From positions 74,031 to 138,030 of the forward strand of contig CAZPMS010000003.1 of the NCBI GenBank assembly GCA_964588165.1: a stretch of 64,000 nt of DNA. The letters are read 5' to 3'. Under the pieces are notes generated by a model. It was not told the DNA's origin, did not search any database, and saw only the letters and a program-made list of their open reading frames with translations. This stretch comes from an uncultured Gammaproteobacteria bacterium. Lineage in GTDB: Bacteria; Patescibacteriota; Patescibacteriia; UBA1558; UBA10009. The position numbers were made by a program, and so were the translations under genes. This document shows positions 47,562 through 58,107 of this stretch, in pieces. Position 1 is the stretch's first letter. Every line of letters begins with the position of its first letter.

Positions 47562-48671
47562 TTAAACTGATTCTATAACTTCCAAAGTTTCTTTAGCACA
47601 TTTTTCCCAGCTAAACTGTTTTGCCCTTTCTAAACCTTTATTAATTAAATCTTGCCTTAAATTTTTATCCTCAATAACCTTTTCCATGGCTTCGGTAAAA
47701 CTTTCAATATCATGGGCATCTTTTATAATTCCTGCCTGGCCTACTATTTCTGGTAATGAACCGGAAGAACTGGCAATAACCGGAACGCCGCAAGCCATTG
47801 CCTCTATTGTGGGCAGGCCAAAACCCTCATAAATAGAAGGGTAAACCATAGCTTGCGCTCCACTAACTAAAATCGGTAACTGATCCATTGGCACCCAGCC
47901 AATTTTTTTTATTTCGTTAGTAAAAGGAGAAGCTTTTATTTCAGCGTCTATCTCGTTTTGGAAAGGCGCCTGACTACCTACCAATATTAAATTATGTGGC
48001 CTTCTTACTTTTTCTCTAAAGCGGTTATAAATTCTTATTAAGCCGGTTATATTCTTTCTTAAAGCCAGCCTGCCCACAAAAATAAAATATGGCAAAGTTA
48101 TATTTAACTCTCTTAAATAATTTTTAATTTCATTTTCTGGCGGCCGATACCAGCGGTCATGGTTGCATCCGAGATAAATTACTTTAATTTTCTCAGGATC
48201 AATTTGATGGCGTTCAATAATTTCTGATTTAGTATAATTAGAAACAGTAATAATTTTATCAGCTATCTTAAAAGCTCTTCTGGCACCCTGTTTTAAAGAA
48301 GCCAGTTCCCAGGCAGTATAAGTTTCTGGATATCTTTCATAACCGATATCATGCCAAGTAATTACATTCTTTTTACCGCCAAACAAAGGGAAAGTATGCG
48401 AAGGAATAAATAAAACATCAGGCTTGTTAACTAATATTTCTATACTCATCCTTCCTAATGTCCATAATTTAGAAAAAGGCCACTTTAATATTTTTTCTTG
48501 AAAATTATTGAAAGATGGCCTTAAGTATTCATTTAATTTTTTATCTGTATATAAAATAAATTGATTCTTACGATCAAGTTTAAAAAAATTACTAATAATA
48601 TGGTGTGAATACCACTCTACTCCACTTTTATTAAGTTTATTGCCCCTGGAAGCATCCACTCCTATCTTCAT
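47562..48671 (-). CDS. GT4 glycosyltransferase
   Basis: MKIGVDAS (probable start 48671), TWHD, RKN, YEGFGLPTIEAMACG. Confidence 0.92.
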   Translation of the reverse strand: MKIGVDASRGNKLNKSGVEWYSHHIISNFFKLDRKNQFILYTDKKLNEYLRPSFNNFQEKILKWPFSKLWTLGRMSIEILVNKPDVLFIPSHTFPLFGGKKNVITWHDIGYERYPETYTAWELASLKQGARRAFKIADKIITVSNYTKSEIIERHQIDPEKIKVIYLGCNHDRWYRPPENEIKNYLRELNITLPYFIFVGRLALRKNITGLIRIYNRFREKVRRPHNLILVGSQAPFQNEIDAEIKASPFTNEIKKIGWVPMDQLPILVSGAQAMVYPSIYEGFGLPTIEAMACGVPVIASSSGSLPEIVGQAGIIKDAHDIESFTEAMEKVIEDKNLRQDLINKGLERAKQFSWEKCAKETLEVIESV

Positions 48672-48684
48672 AATATTAAAAAGA

Positions 48685-49698
48685 TTATTTGGCAAATAAA
48701 ATGCTTCTTTTATAAGACTCAAGGTTATCCAAAGCTACGCCCGTGCCCTTGGCCACACATAATAAAGATTCGTCAGCTACATACGCCGGCACGCCGGTAA
48801 CCTGCGAAAGCAAGTTATCCATATTCCTTAAAAGCGAACTGCCGCCGGTTAAAACCATGCCTTTATCCATAACATCAGCAGAAAGTTCTGGCGGAGTTTT
48901 AAATAAAACTGACTTCACAGCTGAAATTACGCCCTGAAGTTCATTTTGCAGGGCCTCTGTAACATCATCAGAATTTACTTCAATAGTTCTAGGTAATCCG
49001 GAAATCATATCCCGCCCCCTAATATTCATTTTAAACTTTTCTTCATCATCCAAATACATGGCTGAACCTATTTTAATTTTAATTTCCTCAGCTGTGCCTT
49101 CGCCAATTGCCAAACCATACTTTTTACGGATGAATTCAGCTATTGCAGCATCAAACTTGGTGCCGCCAATCCTGATAGAAGTATTGGCCACAATTCCGCC
49201 TAAAGAAATAACAGCGATTTCTGATGTGCCACCGCCCATATCCACCACCATATGCCCGGAAGCAGAACCAATAGGGATGTTTGCTCCAATAGCGGCAGCA
49301 ATAGGCTCTTTAATAATATAAGCGGCCCTGGCACCGGCTGCTACCGTAGCATCTATTACAGCCCTTCTTTCTGTAGAAGTAATTCCGGCCGGTACAGCAA
49401 TCATTACCTCTGGCCTAAATAATTTTGCTCCGCCTACCGCTTTATTAATAAAATACCTTAACATGCTTTCGGTAGTTTTATAATCGGCAATTACTCCATC
49501 TCTTAAAGGACGTTTGGCTACAATTGTATCTGGTGTTCTCCCTAACATTTCCTTTGCTTCATCGCCCACAGCTAAAACCTTCTTATCTAAAGAAGAAATA
49601 GCTACCACCGAAGGTTCATTAATTATAATTCCCCTTTTGGGAATATGAACCAAGGTATAAGTAGTGCCTAAATCTATGCCGATCTTTTTATTAAACAT
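48685..49698 (-). CDS. mreB: Rod-shape actin MreB (second paralog)
   Basis: [31 protein letters not shown]. Confidence 0.93.
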   Translation of the reverse strand: MFNKKIGIDLGTTYTLVHIPKRGIIINEPSVVAISSLDKKVLAVGDEAKEMLGRTPDTIVAKRPLRDGVIADYKTTESMLRYFINKAVGGAKLFRPEVMIAVPAGITSTERRAVIDATVAAGARAAYIIKEPIAAAIGANIPIGSASGHMVVDMGGGTSEIAVISLGGIVANTSIRIGGTKFDAAIAEFIRKKYGLAIGEGTAEEIKIKIGSAMYLDDEEKFKMNIRGRDMISGLPRTIEVNSDDVTEALQNELQGVISAVKSVLFKTPPELSADVMDKGMVLTGGSSLLRNMDNLLSQVTGVPAYVADESLLCVAKGTGVALDNLESYKRSILFAK

Positions 49699-49793
49699 AT
49701 ATCAATTATTTGTTTTGGATAATTTAGTTAGTTAAAATAATCCGTGAGCTATCTGTGATCCATCAGTGAGCTATCTGTGCCTATCCACGAAAA

Positions 49794-50252
49794 TTAATCT
49801 ATCTTTTTCACTTTATAAGTATTGGTGCCGTTTGGCGTTTCTACGCTTGCTATTTCGCCAACTTTTTTGCCAAGCAAAGATTGGCCTAGTGGTGAATCAC
49901 AAGAAAGCATTCCTAGGGTTGGATCCCCCTCATGAGAACCTACAATACTATAGATAATCTCTTGGCCATTAAATTCGGCAGTAACTTTTGAGCCAACCTC
50001 AACATGGCCCTTGCCATTACTTTTAGCCATAATGGAATTTTTAAGGATGTTTTCAATTTCCAAAATTCTGCCTTCCATAAAAGACTGCTCATTACGGGCT
50101 TCTTGATATTCGGCGTTTTCACTTAAATCACCGTGTTCTTTTGCCAGCTCTATTCTTTCGGTAATTTCTTTACGCTTAACATTTTTTAAATTATTAAGCT
50201 CTTCTTCTAATTTTAGCTTCCCCTCTTGGGTTAAAATTGTTTGATCTGTCAT
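49794..50252 (-). CDS. greA: Transcription elongation factor GreA
   Basis: HGDLSENAEY, SPLGQSLLG. Confidence 0.96.
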   Translation of the reverse strand: MTDQTILTQEGKLKLEEELNNLKNVKRKEITERIELAKEHGDLSENAEYQEARNEQSFMEGRILEIENILKNSIMAKSNGKGHVEVGSKVTAEFNGQEIIYSIVGSHEGDPTLGMLSCDSPLGQSLLGKKVGEIASVETPNGTNTYKVKKID

Positions 50253-50317
50253 ATAAATTTTATCGTAAATTAATAATTTTTTTATGTCAATATATACACT
50301 GCTAATATAACACTTAT

Positions 50318-52234
50318 TTACAATCTATTTTGCGAATACCAGCTTAAAATATCTCTGGCAATAGGCACAGCAGCTTCTGAGCCATCTCCTCCATTTTCCA
50401 CCAAAACCGTTAAAACTAGCTGGGGGTTATCATAGGGAATAAAGCCGGTAAACCAAGCGTGGGGGGCTTTATTACCGCCAACCTGGGCAGTGCCGGTTTT
50501 TCCAGCTGCCTGCGCCCCTATTTCATATATGCCCCTGGCACTTCCGTTTGTAACTGCCTCTTTCATTCCATTTCTAATTATTTCTATATTTGAAGTTGAA
50601 GCTAAATTCTGGCTAATTATATCTGATTCAACGTTAAATGATTCACCAGTAGATGAATCCACTATCTTATCCAGCAACTGGGTTTTATATAAAGTTCCTC
50701 CATTGGCCACTGCGCTTGTAAATCCAGCTACCTGCAGTGGCGTAACTAAAATATCTCCCTGGCCAATTGCCAAATGAAGTGTATCTCCAGGATACCAAAC
50801 TTCTCCCTTTGTTTCTTCCTTCCATTCTTTAGTAGGTAAAAAGCCTTCTTTTTCTCCTTCTAAATCTATGCCCAAGCTGCTGCCCAAACCAAATTTATCA
50901 AAATAATAAAGCATTTTATCCAAACCCATGCCTTTTTTATCTTCAAATTCTTCTAGAGCCAAATAATAAAAATATGTGTTAACTGATTCTGCTATTGCCT
51001 TAATTATATTTGTATATCCGTGGCCTCCGGCCTTCCAATCAGGAAAAAACCATTTATCATACCAAATGCCTCCTGTGCTATAAAAACTGGTATTCCTAGT
51101 AATTAAGCCTTCTTCCAGGCCGGCCAACCCCATAATAAGCTTAATGGTTGAACCGGAAGGGTATTCTCCGGCTATAAGCCGGTTAAATAACGGTTTAAAG
51201 GGATTGTCTATTAAGCTTTGGTAATCTTCAACCGAAATTCCCTGGCTGAATTCATTGTTATCAAAAGTGGGCCAAGATACAAAAGCCCTAACCTTGCCGG
51301 AATTAGGATCTAAGGCCACAACTGCTCCTGCCTTATAGGGCACTCTGCTTTTTAAAGTTTGATAAATTTTTTCCTGCAAACCTGCATCAATACTTAAAAA
51401 TATATCTTTTCCGTTCCTGGATTCCTCTTCAGCAATAATTTTCATTTCCCTTCCTAAAGAATCAACTTCAATCTGCTGTCTGCCTGGTACGCCCCTTAAT
51501 TCTTCTTGATAATAACCCTCTATGCCCAAGCGGCCGACTTTCTCTGTGAGCAAATAACCTAAATCTAAATAATAATCTTTTTCTTCCTGATTAATCCTAC
51601 TGGTATAACCCAAAAGATGGGCTAAAGCCATGTTTTCTTTATAATTCCTCTGCTGGTCTATTTCTACCTTTAAACCACTGAGATCTTTAATTTTTATTAA
51701 AAGGTCTATAGCTTCTTGGTAAGGCAAATTTTCTTTAACTGGAACCGGCAAATAACTTCCTCTGGCTATGATTTCCTCAATAACCTTTTCTTCTAAACCT
51801 ATTTCTTTAAACAAATTAATTGTTGGCTCTGTTTGTTCCGGATGGACCTTTAATTCATTATTACTTAAAAATAATGTAAAGGTTGCCATGTTTTCAACTA
51901 AAGAAACTCCAAACCTATCAAAAATAATTCCTCTGGCAGGCGTTACCTGCTCTAACCTTAAACGATTTCCTTCTGCCATTGTCCTAAACTCATTTCCTTT
52001 TATAAACTGCAAATAAAACAATTTACCAAAAAGTATTACAAAAATTAATAACAAAAACAATAAAAAATATCTTACTTTTTTTTGAACTATTAAACGGCCC
52101 AGCCATAAAGAATGGCCTTCGCCGACCAAAAAAGATCCGCTGACTTCATTTAGGCGGCTATTATGATCCATTTTACTTTCCTTTAAATTATTAGCCCCAT
52201 AGCGCGAAATAAATGGGTTGTTAGAAAGTTTCAT
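50318..52234 (-). CDS. mrdA: Penicillin-binding protein 2
   Basis: RGIIFDR, YPSGSTIK (SxxK), SVN, GKTGTAQ; follows mreCD. Confidence 0.93.
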   Translation of the reverse strand: MKLSNNPFISRYGANNLKESKMDHNSRLNEVSGSFLVGEGHSLWLGRLIVQKKVRYFLLFLLLIFVILFGKLFYLQFIKGNEFRTMAEGNRLRLEQVTPARGIIFDRFGVSLVENMATFTLFLSNNELKVHPEQTEPTINLFKEIGLEEKVIEEIIARGSYLPVPVKENLPYQEAIDLLIKIKDLSGLKVEIDQQRNYKENMALAHLLGYTSRINQEEKDYYLDLGYLLTEKVGRLGIEGYYQEELRGVPGRQQIEVDSLGREMKIIAEEESRNGKDIFLSIDAGLQEKIYQTLKSRVPYKAGAVVALDPNSGKVRAFVSWPTFDNNEFSQGISVEDYQSLIDNPFKPLFNRLIAGEYPSGSTIKLIMGLAGLEEGLITRNTSFYSTGGIWYDKWFFPDWKAGGHGYTNIIKAIAESVNTYFYYLALEEFEDKKGMGLDKMLYYFDKFGLGSSLGIDLEGEKEGFLPTKEWKEETKGEVWYPGDTLHLAIGQGDILVTPLQVAGFTSAVANGGTLYKTQLLDKIVDSSTGESFNVESDIISQNLASTSNIEIIRNGMKEAVTNGSARGIYEIGAQAAGKTGTAQVGGNKAPHAWFTGFIPYDNPQLVLTVLVENGGDGSEAAVPIARDILSWYSQNRL

Positions 52235-52718
52235 AATTTATTTTTACTGCTTTTTTATCAAAAACAGATGATAATAAAATAACTAATAGGCTATTAATTA
52301 CAAAATAATTTATTAAATTTATTATAGATAAATTAAAACTATAAAAAGCTACAGAAGTAAAAAACAAGCTAAAAGCTATAGTAATAAAATAATTAATTAA
52401 CAGGGATGACAATATTCCGCCCATGGTTGATAAAAATTTGGCAAAAAAATTATAACTGGAAATTTGGGAAGTAAATAAATCTAATAAAACAATCAATAAA
52501 AGCAAACTTAAAAGGTTAACTCCAAAAGTACCATACGCTAAATCTAATAATAAGCCTCCCCACCAGGCATAAAACCATCTTAGATAAGAGCGTTTTAAAC
52601 TTAACCAAACAATTAAAACAACAAAAAGGTTAATTATTATCGGCCAGCCAGAGAAAAAACTCTGAAGTAAAAAAACAGCCAAGCTTATTATAAAAGTAGC
52701 AATAACTTTAAGCCACAT
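52221..52718 (-). CDS. mreD: Rod-shape protein MreD
   Basis: Multi-TM protein with GLLLDL..FG, between mreC and mrdA. Confidence 0.75.
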   Translation of the reverse strand: MWLKVIATFIISLAVFLLQSFFSGWPIIINLFVVLIVWLSLKRSYLRWFYAWWGGLLLDLAYGTFGVNLLSLLLLIVLLDLFTSQISSYNFFAKFLSTMGGILSSLLINYFITIAFSLFFTSVAFYSFNLSIINLINYFVINSLLVILLSSVFDKKAVKINYETF

Positions 52719-52721
52719 TTG

Positions 52722-53507
52722 TTAAAAAGATTTAATTATTGATAAAGTCTGCAGGCCCTGATAATTAATGGCTGGTGAAACTCTGGCCCGCTTAAATATT
52801 TGTCCAACTAAACTTTCTACCTCGTTTATTCTGCCAATAAGCAAAGCTCTGGGTATTTTCTCTTCTAAGCCGGAAGTGATAACAATATCATCTTCTTGAA
52901 TATCTTTATCTTGAGGGATTAAATCCACCAACAAACTGTTGCCTACCCGTCCGATTAAAAGACCATTAGTGCCTGTTAAATGGCTTAAACTAACAGCCAG
53001 TTGGCTTTCGATGTTTGTTAAAAGTTCAACATATGCTCTATCTGGCTCCGCCTCCATTATTTTACCCACAATAACCCCTTGGTTAACAGTAGCCGCCAAA
53101 CCCACTTCCAAACCATCATTAGTTCCTTTATTAATTATTATTATCTGGTCATTATACGGCTGCCTGCCAATCACGCTGGCAATTTCAAAAGTAAAATCTT
53201 TTTCTTTTAAAAAATTTAATTCTTTCCTTAAAAAATCATTTTCTGCCTCTAAATTAGACAGTTTAATATAATCTACGCCAAGCCGGGAAATTTCAATTCT
53301 CAACTTTTCGTTTTCATCCATAATTAATCTATAATTCCTAAAACTGGTAAAACCAATGCCCCACTTATAAAAAGTTGATTGCAAAGGTGAAATAAAACTA
53401 ATCACACCTTTCTCTACTGTTCCAAGCCAACCCACGCTATGAAAAAAAATAAGTAGCACAATTACTACTAGGGCGATTAAAAAATAACCTTTTTTGGGCT
53501 TTCTCAT
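52722..53507 (-). CDS. mreC: Rod-shape protein MreC
   Basis: TM, coiled coil (ENDFLRKEL), INKG..DG, VITSG. Confidence 0.92.
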   Translation of the reverse strand: MRKPKKGYFLIALVVIVLLIFFHSVGWLGTVEKGVISFISPLQSTFYKWGIGFTSFRNYRLIMDENEKLRIEISRLGVDYIKLSNLEAENDFLRKELNFLKEKDFTFEIASVIGRQPYNDQIIIINKGTNDGLEVGLAATVNQGVIVGKIMEAEPDRAYVELLTNIESQLAVSLSHLTGTNGLLIGRVGNSLLVDLIPQDKDIQEDDIVITSGLEEKIPRALLIGRINEVESLVGQIFKRARVSPAINYQGLQTLSIIKSF

Positions 53508-53626
53508 ATCTACTACTAATTACGAATTACTTACTAATATACGAATATACGAATTACGAATCATTAGTATGCTTATACAGATTAGTAACTCGTAGTTTTT
53601 TTTGATGCTTAAAACTTTATTTATAA

Positions 53627-54670
53627 TTAATCTTCAGAGGCAGAAGGCAATAAAACTTCTTTTAGATTTTCTAAATCCTCTAAAACAATCCCCGTTCCCC
53701 TTACAACAGCAGTTAAAGGATCATCTACTAAATGAACCGGCACTCTGGTTTCTTGGGCAATTAATTTATCCAAGCCTCTTAAATTAGCTCCTCCACCAGA
53801 TAAAATTAATCCCCTTTCAAAAATATCGGCAACCAGTTCTGGAGGGGTTTTTTCTAAAGTATCCCGGATAGCTTCTACAATCTGCCTAACTGACCTTATA
53901 ATAGCTTCTCTTATTTGAATATTAGAAACTATTACTTCTTTAGGCAGGCCGGAAATTAAATCCCTGCCTCTCATATTTGTTTCTTGTTTATTATTATCCG
54001 AAGTAACTGTGGCAATCCTTATTTTTATTTCTTCAGCTGTTTTTTGCCCCAAAAGTAAATTAAAATTTTCCCGTGCATACTGGATAATGTTTTCATCAAG
54101 TTCATTGCCGGCAATAGTAAGTGAATTGGAAGTAACCACTCCGCCTAAAGAAATAACTGCGATTTCTGTGGTGCCGCCACCAACTTCTACTATCATAAAA
54201 CCGGATGGCTCTTGAATCGGTATTCTGGCTCCAATAGCGGCTGCCAATGGCTGTTCTATCAAAAATACTTCTCTGGCACCGGCTGACTTAGTGGCATCTT
54301 CTACTGCTTTCCTTTCCACCTCTGTAACATTTAAAGGGATGCCAATAACAATCCTAGGCCTTGGTATTACACTAAAGCTTTCTTGGTGAATTTTATTAAT
54401 AAAATGCTTTATCATTTTTTCAGTAACTTCAAAATCCGAAATTACGCCATTTACCAAAGGAGTGGTGATTTTAATATGGGGAGGCGTTTTGCCTACCATT
54501 TTTTTAGCATCTTCACCAATGGAAATTATCTGATCGTTTCTGGTATTAATAGCCACTACAGAAGGTTCAGAAATTACGATGCCTTTATCCTTAACATAAA
54601 CAAGAGTATTGGTGGTTCCTAAATCAATACCTATATCGTGTGAAAATTTTCCAAAAAGTTTGTTTAACAT
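53627..54670 (-). CDS. mreB: Rod-shape actin MreB
   Basis: [32 protein letters not shown]. Confidence 0.95.
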   Translation of the reverse strand: MLNKLFGKFSHDIGIDLGTTNTLVYVKDKGIVISEPSVVAINTRNDQIISIGEDAKKMVGKTPPHIKITTPLVNGVISDFEVTEKMIKHFINKIHQESFSVIPRPRIVIGIPLNVTEVERKAVEDATKSAGAREVFLIEQPLAAAIGARIPIQEPSGFMIVEVGGGTTEIAVISLGGVVTSNSLTIAGNELDENIIQYARENFNLLLGQKTAEEIKIRIATVTSDNNKQETNMRGRDLISGLPKEVIVSNIQIREAIIRSVRQIVEAIRDTLEKTPPELVADIFERGLILSGGGANLRGLDKLIAQETRVPVHLVDDPLTAVVRGTGIVLEDLENLKEVLLPSASED

Positions 54671-55908
54671 TTATAAATTTTACTTAATTCCCCGCTTACT
54701 TTATCATAGTTAATTTCTTTAGCAATAGAGCCATCTCTTAGCCTGAATTCAACGCTATTTTTGGTTTTTTTACCAACTATCAGCTGAATTGCCAAGCCCA
54801 TTAAATCAGCATCCTTTAGCTTAACCCCGGCTGATTCTTCCCTATCGTCATATAAAACCTCAAAACCTGATTTTACTAATTTTTCATACAGCTTATTTGT
54901 TTCAGTTTTTTTGCTTTCATCCAGTAAAACCAGATGGGCATGGAACGGACTTATTTCTTTAGGCCAGATAATGCCTTTATCATCATGATAAACTTCAACA
55001 ACTGATCCCATTACTCTGGAGGGTCCAAAACCGTAGCAGCCCATAATTACTTCCTGATCTTTTCCGCTTTCATCTGTATAGGTTAACTTCATATCATGGG
55101 AATATTTACACCCCAGTTTAAATATGTTTCCCACTTCAATAGATTTAATTAAATTTATCTTTTGGCGGCATTTAGGACATTTACCTCCGTCTTTTAATTT
55201 ACTGATCTCGGTATTTTCTGCAAAATCACATTTTTGGCATACTAAAACTTCATCCTCACCATAAGGCGTTGCTACCTGGAACTCATGGGAATTTTCATCA
55301 GAAAAATCACCACCCGAGGCTTCAGTTACTATAGACTTAAGCCCTAAACGCTTAAAAATATTCTGATATGCCCCAATGGCTTTTTGGTAAAAATCGTTCA
55401 AGTCTTTTTCGTCCTTATGGAAGCTATATAAATCTTTCATGCTAAATTCCCTGCCCCTAAGCAAACCGGATTTGGCTCTGGGTTCATTTCTAAACTTATC
55501 CTGAATCTGATACAAATAAACCGGCAGATCACGGTAAGATTTAATAAATTTCCTGGCAATATCTACAACAACTTCTTCGTGGCTTACGCCTAAACCGATT
55601 TCTTTTTCTTCTCTGCCTTTAAACTGGAACATTATCTCCTTTAATGTATCCCAGCGTCTTGTTTCCTGCCATAATTCTTTAGACTGTAAAGCAGGCATAT
55701 ATATTTCTTGGCTGCCAATGGCATCCATTTCTTCTCTTACAATATTTTGGATTTTTGTTAAAACCCTAACACCCAAAGGCAGATAGCTGTAAACTCCCGC
55801 CAGCTGCTTATTAATGTATCCTGCCCTGGCCAAAAGCTGGGCATTGGTTGAAACTTCATCCTTGGGCGCTTCTCTTAAGGTTTTGGAAAATAGTTGTGAT
55901 TGTAGCAT
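54664..55908 (-). CDS. proS: Proline--tRNA ligase, short form without the editing insert
   Basis: KFRNEPRAKSGLLRGREFSMKDLYSF, IEVGNIFKLG, MGCYGFG. Confidence 0.96.
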   Translation of the reverse strand: MLQSQLFSKTLREAPKDEVSTNAQLLARAGYINKQLAGVYSYLPLGVRVLTKIQNIVREEMDAIGSQEIYMPALQSKELWQETRRWDTLKEIMFQFKGREEKEIGLGVSHEEVVVDIARKFIKSYRDLPVYLYQIQDKFRNEPRAKSGLLRGREFSMKDLYSFHKDEKDLNDFYQKAIGAYQNIFKRLGLKSIVTEASGGDFSDENSHEFQVATPYGEDEVLVCQKCDFAENTEISKLKDGGKCPKCRQKINLIKSIEVGNIFKLGCKYSHDMKLTYTDESGKDQEVIMGCYGFGPSRVMGSVVEVYHDDKGIIWPKEISPFHAHLVLLDESKKTETNKLYEKLVKSGFEVLYDDREESAGVKLKDADLMGLAIQLIVGKKTKNSVEFRLRDGSIAKEINYDKVSGELSKIYKC

Positions 55909-55960
55909 AATATAATGATTGATTATTAATGACTAATGATTAATGACTAATGATTAGTTA

Positions 55961-56266
55961 TCAATCATTAATTATTAATTTTATTCTCTCTGCTTCCTCT
56001 TCTACTGCCGGCTCATCATAATCGGCGCTATGTGCTTTAGCCCCTTTATAAATTTCTTTTTTTTGATCTAAATGAAGATTGAATCTATAATCTGTTTCGG
56101 TATCATCTATATAAAGATGAAATCTTGGGTAGTGCTGATTTTTAGATAGCCTTCTTACATAACTTATCTTACCGGTAAATCTGTCCTGAAGGCCAAAGTA
56201 GCCGCAGTTTCTTAAAGTGTCTCTTAAATTTCGGCTGAAACTTTCCTTATTTATATTAAAATTCAT
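55961..56266 (-). CDS. Hypothetical protein
   Basis: YPRFHLY...LHLDQK...H...Y pattern; in operon context. Confidence 0.7.
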   Translation of the reverse strand: MNFNINKESFSRNLRDTLRNCGYFGLQDRFTGKISYVRRLSKNQHYPRFHLYIDDTETDYRFNLHLDQKKEIYKGAKAHSADYDEPAVEEEAERIKLIIND

Positions 56267-56273
56267 GACTCAA

Positions 56274-57386
56274 TTAAAATAAATTCTTTACTTTTTCTAT
56301 TAGAGTAGAACTATATCTGGCAAAATCCCTATAAGTTATAACTACTATAAAAAGCATTAGTAAGCCAAAACCTAAATTATGAATAACATTCTCAATTACC
56401 CTATTATTAGGCCGGCCTCTTAATTTTTCAATAATAGTCCCGATAAATCTGCCGCCATCCAAAGCCGGGAATGGGAAAAAATTTAAAACGGCTAAGTTTA
56501 TGGATAAAATAGCGGTAAAACGCAAAACATACCTAAAACCTAAATCAACCATCTGGCCGGTAACAGCTGCTACACCAACCGGGCCGGCAATATCGGGAGA
56601 CAGGCCTTTGCCTACAATTAAATTAACAATTATAGAATAAAATGCAGAAATAATAGCAAGTAAAAGGCTGATGGTAGTTTTAAAACCATAATATATGCTT
56701 TCAAAAAAACCGTGCTTTACTATGCCAATTTGGATTAAATTAACTCCCATGGCCTTTGTTTCTAAAAAATTTTCTATAGACGCCTGAGTAACAATAATTT
56801 CCTCAATTTTTTCTTGCCTCCTAAATTGTATTAAAAGCTCTTTATCTTGATTTTCCCTTAAATACTGTTGCATCTGATCAACACTTTTTATTTCTTGCCC
56901 ATCTATTTTTAAAACATAATCTCCCAACTTTAATCCAGCCTGATCAGCCGGTGAATTATCTAATACGCCAGCTATTTGGACCTGAACTGCTGAAACACTA
57001 CTATTATCCGCTACATTACTATCTACCACGCTTGGCATGCCGATCATAAAGCCAAAAGAAATTAATACAAAGGCCAAAAATACATTCATAAAAACTCCGG
57101 CCGAAAGAACAACAGATTTTTTCCAAAAAGGCTTATTGGCAAAACTATCAGTTTCTTCTCGGCTACTGCCGTCTTCTCCTTTAATTTTTACAAAACCGCC
57201 CAAAGGTATCCAATTAATAGAATACATTGTTTCTTTCTTTTTAAAGCCCCAAATTCTGGGAGGAAAACCAAAACCAAATTCCTCAACTTTCATTCCGGAC
57301 TTTTTGGCAGTAATAAAATGTCCAAATTCATGGACAAATATCAATAAGCCTAAAATTATGATAAATACAATTATTGTTATAAACAT
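56274..57386 (-). CDS. rseP: RIP metalloprotease RseP (M50 + PDZ)
   Basis: HEFGH, PLGGFV, NFFPFPALDGG. Confidence 0.95.
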   Translation of the reverse strand: MFITIIVFIIILGLLIFVHEFGHFITAKKSGMKVEEFGFGFPPRIWGFKKKETMYSINWIPLGGFVKIKGEDGSSREETDSFANKPFWKKSVVLSAGVFMNVFLAFVLISFGFMIGMPSVVDSNVADNSSVSAVQVQIAGVLDNSPADQAGLKLGDYVLKIDGQEIKSVDQMQQYLRENQDKELLIQFRRQEKIEEIIVTQASIENFLETKAMGVNLIQIGIVKHGFFESIYYGFKTTISLLLAIISAFYSIIVNLIVGKGLSPDIAGPVGVAAVTGQMVDLGFRYVLRFTAILSINLAVLNFFPFPALDGGRFIGTIIEKLRGRPNNRVIENVIHNLGFGLLMLFIVVITYRDFARYSSTLIEKVKNLF

Positions 57387-57514
57387 AAAATTTCTAAATT
57401 CTAATATCTAAACTCTAAATAAGTTCTAAATTCAAATTTTATTAACTTTTTATTATTTTAAATTTTGGCTATTAAAATTTGTTTAAAATTTATTATTTAG
57501 TGCTTAGAATTTAA

Positions 57515-58069
57515 TTATATGGTCATTATTTCTTCTTCTTTGTTTTTACTTAACTCCTTAACCTGCTCATTATAACTTTTAACCAATTCATCCAACTCTT
57601 CCAATCGCTTAAACTTATCATCTTCAGAAATTTCTTTGTTCTTTTCCTGATTAACCACTTGGTCTTTAGCTTTTTCTCTTTGGTTACGGATGCTCACCCT
57701 GGAATCTTCAGTTTTTTGATTCAATTTTTTACTAATCTCTTTCCTAGTTTCTTCTGTAAGCGGTGGAATGTTAATAATTATCAAATCATCTTTAACCACC
57801 GGACTGGCGCCAAGCTCTGCTTGCTGCAAAGCTCTTTCTATTTCTTTAAGCAAATTTTTATCCCAGGGTTGAATAGTGATTGTTTTAGGATCAGCGGCCG
57901 AAATGCTGGCCAGATGAATAATTGGCGTAGGAGTACCATAAGAATCAACCTGGATATTTTCCACCAATGAAGGTGTAGCCCGGCCAATTCTTAAATTATT
58001 AATTTCTTTTTTATAATACTCAATTATCTTCTCAAAATTTCCTTTAAAGTTATCTATGAAGTCGCTCAT
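57515..58069 (-). CDS. frr: Ribosome recycling factor
   Basis: LRIGRATP, IQPWD, IPPLTEETR, VSIRN. Confidence 0.96.
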   Translation of the reverse strand: MSDFIDNFKGNFEKIIEYYKKEINNLRIGRATPSLVENIQVDSYGTPTPIIHLASISAADPKTITIQPWDKNLLKEIERALQQAELGASPVVKDDLIIINIPPLTEETRKEISKKLNQKTEDSRVSIRNQREKAKDQVVNQEKNKEISEDDKFKRLEELDELVKSYNEQVKELSKNKEEEIMTI

Positions 58070-58107
58070 AATATTATTAATTATTGGTTATGGATTATAG
58101 TTTTTAG

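Noticed and set aside
49744-49787. 14-bp direct repeat gtgagctatctgtg x2 as a mini-CRISPR
   Set aside because: Only two units with an 8-bp spacer; more likely another short intergenic repeat scar.
48685-54670. Two mreB paralogs as a novelty
   Set aside because: Common in CPR and Firmicutes.
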